Part shown: positions 1-7,847 of the stretch, in pieces
Layout of the letters: the number at the start of each line of letters is the position of its first letter
How positions within the stretch are numbered: the stretch's first letter is position 1
Translations under genes and position numbers: made by a program
The notes under the pieces: generated by a model
What the model saw: only the letters and a program-made list of their open reading frames with translations
What the model was told of the DNA's origin: nothing
Database searches by the model: none
Source: Candidatus Bathyarchaeia archaeon
GTDB taxonomy: Archaea; Asgardarchaeota; Heimdallarchaeia; JABLTI01
Assembly (NCBI GenBank): GCA_035528035.1
Contig: DATKZI010000032.1
Coordinates: forward strand, 10,375 to 34,374
DNA: 24,000 bases
Direction: 5' to 3'

Positions 1-2979
1 TATAAGATCAATTATACGGGAAATTTTCTTGGGATCAATAAATTTGAATGTTTGTTCATAAAATTCCAAAGGATATCTTTTCATACAATCAACTGCATGT
101 GACTCATCATCAACTTCTCGAGGATTAAGAATGATTCCCAAGGTTAATGGTGCGTCCATTGAACCTCCACGTGTTATTGGTAGAAATTGTTTTGAGAAAT
201 CCAAAAACCCTTCAAGCATTAATATAATAGCATCCTCATCTCCATCACAATTTCTTCTTTTTGCTGCTTGCCAATAAGGATGAGCTAGATTTCCTTTTAC
301 AGAGGTAAAACCAATTATCCTTCCAGTTATTCCAGATGAAGTATGTGGTGCTAACCCTATGACAAAATGCCCTATTAAATCTGATATTCTTGTTATATTA
401 TAATATCTTGGTATACCATAAACAAGTTCTAGCATATCATCAACATATTTGGAAACACGGTAAAGAAATTCACCATTATCAAGATTTAGAACAACATCTT
501 GGATTTTTAATTCGAGTATTTGATCATCATTAATTAATGGATCATTCTCTATATCGTGAGTGTAACCTAAATTTATTAATTGTTCAATAGAAGCATTAAC
601 TTCTTTTGGTTTGAAATGCATTAGAGGTATGTCTGTAGAGTCAAAACGAATTGTTCCATCCTTATAAACGTTCAATCCATGGCGTGCTCGTAGAAATCCT
701 TTTTCAAGTATTTCAGGTATTTTTCCTCTGTTCATTAATTTTTTAACACCTTTAGTGTCAGAAGGAATTGATCCTCCAAGAGCTTTCTTGACACGCGTAA
801 TATCTTCTCTAAGATTAACGCCTCGTTCTGAATATGTTACTGTTAGTCGATTGCATGATTTGCAAAATTCCTCATTAGTTTCTCTTCCACAACTTGGACA
901 ACTTCTAATATATTCAGTTCTTTTATTACATTTAGTACAAATAGGCATATGAGTAATTAGATGACAATTTTTACATTCTCTTTGAGCAACAGTAATAGTA
1001 ATAATCTCATTTTTGGCTGCTTCCAGTATAAGTCTATTATTTCCTCCTCCTTCCATTTCTAACGGAAATAGTGAATGGATTGGTGGATTCATTTTCCTTT
1101 CTTTTGCTTTTTCTGGTCTGCCCATTCTTGCACCAGTGTAAATAGGTGATTTTAATTTAATCTCAAAAGGAACCATGTGTGTGAAGGGAGGACCAGCTTC
1201 TCGTTCAATATCTTGAGAGTTTATTTTAGGATTTTTTAGTTGCATACAATGATCTAGGATTAAATTACTCTCTTCAATCACAATATGTTGTTTTATTACT
1301 TTATGTGGTAAACCTATACGTTCAAAAATACGTTTCTGTTTAAATTCCTTCATTAAAACTATTGCATCTCTATTTCTGGTAAATTCTTGTATTTTTTCCT
1401 TATCATTAATTCTTGAGATTATCATATCACTTCGTAATTCAAAAAACTCGTCAAAAGAAATATCATGCCAAGCATAAGTAAAAAAGGGATGTAATGGAAT
1501 CATAAATTCGTAACTAAAAGATAACGCTTCTTCTTGAGTGGGTTTGGTTTTCAATGGATTTGTCAGAAATTCGAGTAAACGGTTCGAATTCATATTAAGA
1601 TGTTTGGCTGCTTCATCTATATTATTACCAAATTTTTGCTTTATTCGTGATTCTAAATATAGTACCCACCACTCTTCTACAAAACCAGATGGAATTAAAG
1701 GATGGTTATTTTCTAGGAATTCACCAAAACCAACTAATAGGTCACCCAAGAAAAGTACCTCTTTTATTTTCTTATCATATTTTGTTGCTTGCTCATAGCT
1801 ATCAATTCTAAGGACCGAACCATCTTTCAAAAGTACAACTGGACCTTCAATTGAATCCACTGGCATAACAACACTCCCCTTACCAGGTCTTTCAGTTCGA
1901 ATATGTGTTCCTGGAGCAAGAAATTCCATAACTACTTTCATAGTAGCAGGATGGATTCCTATACCAGCTAAACCAGTATTCCTGGAGTGGCCATATCTTA
2001 TTCTAAATCCTCCCGGTTTTGATGGGTGAGAAAATATTGGTCGACCAGCAATTACATCTTTTATATACCCAAAAGACGGTTGTGTTTTTGCTTTTGCTTC
2101 TTCTTTTTCTTTATTTTCTTCAGCTTTTGCTACAGTTGCTTTAACGGATTTTAACCATTCCCAATCGGTTAATCCTACTGCATTAACAGTTTTGAGAATT
2201 TTCATAGCACGTCCCACAATACCATCATTCAAAACAAGACAAGCTCCACCTCTTAATGAATTAGTTTCAATTCGTGGTAAATCTCGAAAAGCTGAAACTT
2301 CATCAGGATTTGTACTTTCACCTGTGACTTCTACGGGTAAGTTCATTACAGCATATTCTATTTGTTCTGGAGTTGTAGGACTTTGTAAATGCATTACTCT
2401 ATTATATAAATCAACTTCTTCAACAAAACGCTTCATCTCTTGTCTAGTTGCTTTATATCGTGATAGATTAAGCGCTTTTCTTACATGATCAGATATTAAG
2501 ACTGTTAGAGCTGCTTCAGTACCACCAGCTGAACGAATAGGACCAGCGAAATAAACAGCCAAATATTTTGTGTTATCCTCATTACGTTTGATCTTAACTT
2601 TAGCAATCCCTTCTAAAGGAGCGGCAGTTACACCTTCTGTAAGAATCGCTAAAGCAGTTCTAATTGCTAAATCAGCTTTTTGTTCGTCGGGAAGATCACC
2701 TATTAATTTACCCATAGCTAGTTCTTGAGCTATCTTAAAAGCAACATTTTCTCTATCCATTTGTTTACTTAGACTACTAATTCGATCAGCGATACCCTTG
2801 ATACCCATTAATCCTTCAACTTTACCTGCAACATCTTTCGCAAGATGAATTTCAGGTTCAATTTCTGGATCTAAACCTTTTTCTCTTGCCTTGCTTGCCA
2901 AAGCATATAATTTATACACTTCTTCTTCTAGCATTTGAAAATAAGCTTTCATGTTATCAGAGGCAGCCAATTCAACCAA
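1..2979 (-). CDS. polC: Archaeal family-D DNA polymerase (DNA polymerase II) large subunit DP2, partial (C-terminus beyond base 1)
   Basis: Manual minus-strand translation in the frame with codon 5' positions divisible by 3. Near 225-256 it reads HPYWQAAKRRNCDGDEDAIILMLEGFLDFSKQFLPITRGGSMDAPL, the DP2 signature. Near 850-950 it reads MPICTKCNKRTEYIRSCPSCGRETNEEFCKSC (zinc-finger Cys pairs). N-terminus (TTG start) MVELAASDNMKAYFQMLEEEVYKLYALASKAREKGLDPEIEPEIHLAKDVAGKVEGLMG is DP2-like. Start may be TTG at 2979 or ATG at 2952. Absent from the ORF track, presumably because the ORF is open at the window edge. Confidence 0.95.
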   Translation of the reverse strand, partial: MVELAASDNMKAYFQMLEEEVYKLYALASKAREKGLDPEIEPEIHLAKDVAGKVEGLMGIKGIADRISSLSKQMDRENVAFKIAQELAMGKLIGDLPDEQKADLAIRTALAILTEGVTAAPLEGIAKVKIKRNEDNTKYLAVYFAGPIRSAGGTEAALTVLISDHVRKALNLSRYKATRQEMKRFVEEVDLYNRVMHLQSPTTPEQIEYAVMNLPVEVTGESTNPDEVSAFRDLPRIETNSLRGGACLVLNDGIVGRAMKILKTVNAVGLTDWEWLKSVKATVAKAEENKEKEEAKAKTQPSFGYIKDVIAGRPIFSHPSKPGGFRIRYGHSRNTGLAGIGIHPATMKVVMEFLAPGTHIRTERPGKGSVVMPVDSIEGPVVLLKDGSVLRIDSYEQATKYDKKIKEVLFLGDLLVGFGEFLENNHPLIPSGFVEEWWVLYLESRIKQKFGNNIDEAAKHLNMNSNRLLEFLTNPLKTKPTQEEALSFSYEFMIPLHPFFTYAWHDISFDEFFELRSDMIISRINDKEKIQEFTRNRDAIVLMKEFKQKRIFERIGLPHKVIKQHIVIEESNLILDHCMQLKNPKINSQDIEREAGPPFTHMVPFEIKLKSPIYTGARMGRPEKAKERKMNPPIHSLFPLEMEGGGNNRLILEAAKNEIITITVAQRECKNCHLITHMPICTKCNKRTEYIRSCPSCGRETNEEFCKSCNRLTVTYSERGVNLREDITRVKKALGGSIPSDTKGVKKLMNRGKIPEILEKGFLRARHGLNVYKDGTIRFDSTDIPLMHFKPKEVNASIEQLINLGYTHDIENDPLINDDQILELKIQDVVLNLDNGEFLYRVSKYVDDMLELVYGIPRYYNITRISDLIGHFVIGLAPHTSSGITGRIIGFTSVKGNLAHPYWQAAKRRNCDGDEDAIILMLEGFLDFSKQFLPITRGGSMDAPLTLGIILNPREVDDESHAVDCMKRYPLEFYEQTFKFIDPKKISRIIDLI

Positions 2980-3102
2980 TTTAGTTTCACAACTTGTATT
3001 TGTTTATCGTTTCACGTGTTTAGTTTATCCTATTTCTTAAGTAGAAAATTCTATTTAATAATTCTAGTACTACGATTCACTTTAGTTTTTTTTAGTTTTA
3101 AA

Positions 3103-4698
3103 TTAAGGAATTAACAAATAAGCATTTTCTATAATTGATTTCCCTATCAATGAAGGAATTAATCCTAAAATAATTAATCCTAATGCAACGATCGTCCCAA
3201 TAATTGATGTCATTGATACATCTTGACTTAATCCTCCCGAGATTAAAGTTGAATCCTGATCTGGTTTATCAAATAAAAGATACTTGATGACAACGAGATA
3301 ACTGATAAGCATCAGTACTAGGATAAAGATAATTATTATTGTGTAACTGATATAATTCAATTGGATCAATGTAAATAGTAGCATATAGAGATTAACTCCA
3401 CCAAACATAGGTAATAAACCAATCATTGAAGCTAATCCGACAATTAGATTAAATGTTGTTAATGGATATTCTCTTCCCACACCACGAAGATCGATTAGTT
3501 TTTCACTTCTATTCCTTTTAATCATCAAATTATCTTTAGCAATAAAAGCAAGAAATGATGTTATACCTATGTTGATTATCTGTAAAATACTATAACCAAA
3601 GCATTCCTTAACTGAAAAGAGTGTTTCCTCGGTTCCTGAGTTAACCATTCCACCTATAGATATTCCAGTTAAAATCACACCAATATTTACAAAGATTGTA
3701 TAGATGATAATTTTTGATAAAGTAATATTCTCTTTATCTTTTCGAGTTACCTGATAGACAAGAACAAGAACTCCTTCTAAAGCTGTCATTAGTCCAATTA
3801 TCGCTAAAATTAATGGATAATTAATTATCGTCATTTGTGTTGTATCAAAGAATGAAAATAATACCTTGAAGATTGACAACAATGCTAAACCACTAACTAT
3901 TCCCACTGAGAATACTTGTGTACTAGCACTTGATTTTTCTATTGCATTTGGCATCCAAAGATTCAGCATGAAAATATTTGCAAGTAGACCAAATCCTACA
4001 ATAGTTAGTGCTATTATTAAATAGATAATTGCTTTTGCATCTGTAGTGATTCGTTCTGAATTCAATAAAACAACGTCATCATGAATATAATCATAATTTA
4101 GTGTGCCAAATAAACCATAACATAATATTACTGCAGTTAATATGAATACTACACTCAAACTAATCAAAATAAAAGCTCGCATTCCACCTTCTCTAAGATC
4201 CTCTTGACGTTTCTGAAATGCAATTAATGTTATAAGAGATATCCCAATTATTATCCAGCCAAGTAGTGTTGTAAAGAAATCATTTGCTAAAACACTGGCA
4301 TTAATTCCTGTAACTAAGAAGAGTATTAGTCCGATATAAATAGGTCCTTCAGCTTTACCTCTTTGCTTGACGGATTCATAGAAGAGTATTAACACAACAA
4401 TTATGTTTAGCACTAGAAGGAAGATACTGGTAAAACCATCCACTTTAAATTGAACGCCACTAGGAGCACTAAATTCTGCCCCTAAAACAGTTTTATAGAA
4501 TCCAAACAAAGCACCAGAGCCATTTTTAATTCGATAATACAAAGCAGCCAATATCATAATATTAGCGATAATACCCCCAGCAGCTATTTCTCCTGAAAAT
4601 CCTTTCAACCATTTCTTTAATCCAATAATGAATATAGCCATTATGAATGGTAGAAATATTGTTGATAAGATTAGAAAGTTAACAGAAATTTCTGCCAT
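3103..4698 (-). CDS. Complex I / Mrp antiporter-like membrane subunit (NuoM/NuoN/MrpD family), divergent
   Basis: Polytopic ~531 aa protein directly downstream of and coupled to a NuoL-like gene. Family-like landmark ..LLANIFMLNLWMPNAIEKSS.. corresponds to the TM7-TM8 'K..P.H.WLPdA' region. The track ORF begins at 4761, but an ATG at 4698 (MAEISVNFLILS) overlaps the upstream stop as TAATG and is the more likely start. Confidence 0.7.
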   Translation of the reverse strand: MAEISVNFLILSTIFLPFIMAIFIIGLKKWLKGFSGEIAAGGIIANIMILAALYYRIKNGSGALFGFYKTVLGAEFSAPSGVQFKVDGFTSIFLLVLNIIVVLILFYESVKQRGKAEGPIYIGLILFLVTGINASVLANDFFTTLLGWIIIGISLITLIAFQKRQEDLREGGMRAFILISLSVVFILTAVILCYGLFGTLNYDYIHDDVVLLNSERITTDAKAIIYLIIALTIVGFGLLANIFMLNLWMPNAIEKSSASTQVFSVGIVSGLALLSIFKVLFSFFDTTQMTIINYPLILAIIGLMTALEGVLVLVYQVTRKDKENITLSKIIIYTIFVNIGVILTGISIGGMVNSGTEETLFSVKECFGYSILQIINIGITSFLAFIAKDNLMIKRNRSEKLIDLRGVGREYPLTTFNLIVGLASMIGLLPMFGGVNLYMLLFTLIQLNYISYTIIIIFILVLMLISYLVVIKYLLFDKPDQDSTLISGGLSQDVSMTSIIGTIVALGLIILGLIPSLIGKSIIENAYLLIP

Positions 4699-6617
4699 TA
4701 AATTGAACCTCCCATTATTAGGAATATACATATTAATAATACCACTGAGAGAACTGCCCAAATAATACTACCAAAAGGTGCCTTAATCCGAGTCCAAGAG
4801 AAGAATCGTCCTAAATAGTCAATTGGTCTAAAGATCAATAGCTCATAAATTTTATCCAAATATAGACCGTTTACAAAGAATTTCTTAAAGGGCAAAATAA
4901 ATTTACTGTTCTTAAATTTGAATAGAATATTTCCTTCCCCATCTCGATAAATAAAATAACCTGCAAGAAATGCTGATATAGATGTCAGTAAAATAATAGG
5001 GGATGAAATAAAATTAGCAGTAAAGGGTGAATCATAATTTAAGGTGAAAATTCGTCCAAGCAATCCTGAAAATAGAAATGGTTTGGGATAACCTATGAGA
5101 ATGAGAACCAGACCAGATAACATCGACCAACCTAAAGCTGCTCCCGTTGAGATAAGAGAAAGTGATTTCAAAGGTCTGGTAGAATAATCCTCAACCATTT
5201 CTCCATAAAATATCTGCATATAAACTTTCATTATAGCAAAAATAACAAACATAGAGCAAATTATTGTTAAAATATAAAGTCCCCAATGTGTAGGAATATT
5301 ACTTGTACGTAATGCTTCAAATATCATATCTTTTGAAAAATACATACTTGATGGGAAGATTCCTGCAAAACTTGCTATGGAGAAAACACCAAATAAATGT
5401 AAAAGAGGGTGTTTGTCTTTTATACCATTAACTCGAGAGATGTCTTTAATTCGCAAGGATTCAATGACTGATCCAAAAACAAGAGCTAGAGCTATTACCG
5501 TCGGTGCACCTGCTATAATTTGAAAAATAGTTCCAACAAGTCCAATTGTAGTGTTGGAGCTAAAACTCAATAAAGCTAGACTAAGTTGTGCAATTCCTGC
5601 ACCAATTGTTACTCGATTAATGTTTTTAGCAACTAATATGAAGCCCACAACTACAACTAACGAAAGTATAGCTATCCAACCAATCAACATAAATGGAGCA
5701 GAATGATATAGCTCAATATTTGTACCTTCTTCTAACCCCTTGCGCGAAAATAATGGATAAAAAGTACATAGAAGAAATAAGCCTATATTTCCCACTGTAA
5801 CTGAAATTAAGCTGGATGAGATTGGGAGTGGTGCTTTAGAAATATCATAATCCGATTTTTGACCACCTATAGGCCATAAAAGAAAAGGTATTTGAGCTGA
5901 TTTAATTAGAGCACCTATTGCAATAAATAACTTGATTAGCAATCTTGTAGTCCTACTTGAGTCACCAATAATCCTTATCGGTTGTTGGGACCAAACATTG
6001 ATAATATTACTAATTACTGGTGTTTTGAATGCTACAAGAATAAAGCTGAATCCAATTAGAAGGAATATATCGCCAATTACACTCATGATCAAATATCTTA
6101 TTGCTGCTTTTCCTGCTTTGTCTCCTTCTTCACCCGATTTCTTATACCAGTGTGAAATAAGGAAAAATGCTCCAATAGCTGCAACTTCGATTCCTCCAAA
6201 CATCCAAAACAAGTTATTAGAGAAGATTATCATCATCATTGCTGAAACTGTTAATTGAAAGAAGAACCAATATCGTGTGCGATTTCGATCATAACTCATA
6301 TAGGATATTGAGTATAATGCTAATAGAGCTGAAAGACATATGATAGCACATGCTAAAACAATTGAGACTTCATTGATACGTAAACCAATAACTATCCCTG
6401 GCAACCAACTTACAGAATAAGTGGCTGGAACGTGAAGATACTTGAATAATATAAATGAGACTATTATTGATGGAAGGAAGATCAATATAAATATCAACCA
6501 ATCTCGAGTCTTACCTTCTGCTGCAACAGCATCTTCAAGTCTTCCAAAGAAAATCCCTAAAAGTGTACCTACTGCAGGAATAATAATCAACAGTGCTGCT
6601 AATAATAAACCACTCAT
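4698..6617 (-). CDS. NuoL/MrpA-like antiporter-type subunit of a complex I-like membrane arm
   Basis: 639 aa polytopic protein with NuoL-family landmarks: SNNLFWMFGGIEVAAIGAFFLISHWY (TM5 Glu), GALIKSAQIPFLLW (TM7 Lys, 'GKSAQ.P...W') and FPSSMYFSKDMIFEA ('GFFSKDEI'-like). ATGA start/stop overlap with the upstream K-like gene. Confidence 0.82.
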   Translation of the reverse strand: MSGLLLAALLIIIPAVGTLLGIFFGRLEDAVAAEGKTRDWLIFILIFLPSIIVSFILFKYLHVPATYSVSWLPGIVIGLRINEVSIVLACAIICLSALLALYSISYMSYDRNRTRYWFFFQLTVSAMMMIIFSNNLFWMFGGIEVAAIGAFFLISHWYKKSGEEGDKAGKAAIRYLIMSVIGDIFLLIGFSFILVAFKTPVISNIINVWSQQPIRIIGDSSRTTRLLIKLFIAIGALIKSAQIPFLLWPIGGQKSDYDISKAPLPISSSLISVTVGNIGLFLLCTFYPLFSRKGLEEGTNIELYHSAPFMLIGWIAILSLVVVVGFILVAKNINRVTIGAGIAQLSLALLSFSSNTTIGLVGTIFQIIAGAPTVIALALVFGSVIESLRIKDISRVNGIKDKHPLLHLFGVFSIASFAGIFPSSMYFSKDMIFEALRTSNIPTHWGLYILTIICSMFVIFAIMKVYMQIFYGEMVEDYSTRPLKSLSLISTGAALGWSMLSGLVLILIGYPKPFLFSGLLGRIFTLNYDSPFTANFISSPIILLTSISAFLAGYFIYRDGEGNILFKFKNSKFILPFKKFFVNGLYLDKIYELLIFRPIDYLGRFFSWTRIKAPFGSIIWAVLSVVLLICIFLIMGGSI

Positions 6618-7027
6618 ACTATTTCCACTCCTTTATCATCTTTTTGAGTTTCTTCTTTTTCAGATGTAGAAGTTACTTCTTCTTGAGGTTTTTTAATTAA
6701 CCCCTCAAACTCGAAGTTGAAATCTAATATTGTAGAATCACCACTCTGTTTTAATTGTCTTTCAATGGATGTTCCTACAATCAGAAAAACTAATCCAATT
6801 ACTACAATAAATATTGATAGTGTGTGTGCTAAAGGTGAAGGGTAGAGTGTAGAACCTTCATTTCCTAATCCAAAAGAGAGTAATAATAAATTTGCTGCCA
6901 TCAGTAATATCTCTATACTAAATATGACACGAAGAAAATGTTTGCTTGTAATTAACCCATAAATACCTATACCAAATAATGTTATAACAGCTATTAATGT
7001 ATAAGGAAAAAGCGTAGACCAATCCAT
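6614..7027 (-). CDS. NuoK/MrpC-like small membrane subunit
   Basis: 137 aa; GIGIYGLITSKHFLRVIFSIEILLMAANLLLLSFG matches the NuoK TM2 Glu motif ('..GlEim.nA.nL...'), followed by a SPLAHTLSIFIVVIGL segment. Start overlaps the upstream stop (TAATG); AGGAGG ribosome-binding sequence lies inside the upstream gene's C-terminus. Confidence 0.78.
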   Translation of the reverse strand: MDWSTLFPYTLIAVITLFGIGIYGLITSKHFLRVIFSIEILLMAANLLLLSFGLGNEGSTLYPSPLAHTLSIFIVVIGLVFLIVGTSIERQLKQSGDSTILDFNFEFEGLIKKPQEEVTSTSEKEETQKDDKGVEIV

Positions 7028-7362
7028 TAATAGCTTCTCCTCCTTTGTTCCTGCATTGGTTTTGAAATCATATGTTTATACCCTACAAAATAATATGCTG
7101 AAATTACTCCCAATAGAACAATTATAAAAATCAATAATAAATCTAAAACTCTAAAAGTCCAAAGATATTTACCAATTTGCTTTACTAAAATAACAAAATT
7201 AAAACTTTCTGGTGTCGCTCCTCCTGAATGGAATAAACTCGAATCTAAATCAAGTAATGATATTGTAATGATTAATACAAATAATCCTGAAACAATTAAT
7301 CCTATACCTCGGACAAACCATTGATTTGTTCTTCGCTTAGTTTCATCACTCATTTTAAACAC
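7027..7362 (-). CDS. Small membrane subunit, NuoJ C-terminal-like or MrpB-like
   Basis: 111 aa; IGKYLWTFRVLDLLLIFIIVLLGVISAYYFVGYK resembles the last transmembrane segment of NuoJ/MrpB-type subunits; position directly upstream of the K-like gene fits J-K-L order. Confidence 0.45.
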   Translation of the reverse strand: MFKMSDETKRRTNQWFVRGIGLIVSGLFVLIITISLLDLDSSLFHSGGATPESFNFVILVKQIGKYLWTFRVLDLLLIFIIVLLGVISAYYFVGYKHMISKPMQEQRRRSY

Positions 7363-7368
7363 CCTTGA

Positions 7369-7791
7369 TTATATTTCCCTTAAATCTCTTTGAACTGTGC
7401 GTTTAGATCTTACCTTTGCTCGGTCGATTAGCATCAAACTAAAGAATATTAGAATGACTACGAAGAGGATAAATGGCCATATATCTCTTAACGATAAGTT
7501 ATTCTTAAATCCAAAAAATGATACCATAAGAAAAATTGCACACACGCTGAAACTAATGATATAAACTGTATACAGATATAAATCATTTAGATGTTTACCA
7601 GTAGTTTTTACTTTAGTTATTGGTTCTTTAGTATCCTCAAATGTTTGGGATTGAGTTTCATTTGTTGGTTCCATCTTTTCTGTATCCTTATCCTTCTCTA
7701 TAACAGAGAAAAGGGTCATTAAGATAAATATTATTATCCCAAATAAAGCTAGAAATGTTCCCAATACCTTAATAGTCAATCCAATGAACAT
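7369..7791 (-). CDS. Small membrane protein, first gene of the membrane-arm operon (possible split-J-like or accessory subunit)
   Basis: 140 aa with about four predicted TM segments; 6 nt gap to the next operon gene. No clear NuoJ N-terminal motif by eye. Confidence 0.35.
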   Translation of the reverse strand: MFIGLTIKVLGTFLALFGIIIFILMTLFSVIEKDKDTEKMEPTNETQSQTFEDTKEPITKVKTTGKHLNDLYLYTVYIISFSVCAIFLMVSFFGFKNNLSLRDIWPFILFVVILIFFSLMLIDRAKVRSKRTVQRDLREI

Positions 7792-7847
7792 ATTTACCCA
7801 ACTATTATAGCTCTATATCAAGCATAAAAGCTTTTATTATTTATATT

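Noticed and set aside
755-2488. Plus-strand ORFs 755..952, 1538..1798 and 2192..2488
   Set aside because: All lie antisense within the continuous polymerase DP2 reading frame; compositions look like reverse-complement translation artefacts.
5932-6669. Plus-strand ORFs 5932..6258 and 6442..6669
   Set aside because: Antisense shadows of the NuoL-like gene (the second also spans into the K-like gene), with no protein-like motifs.
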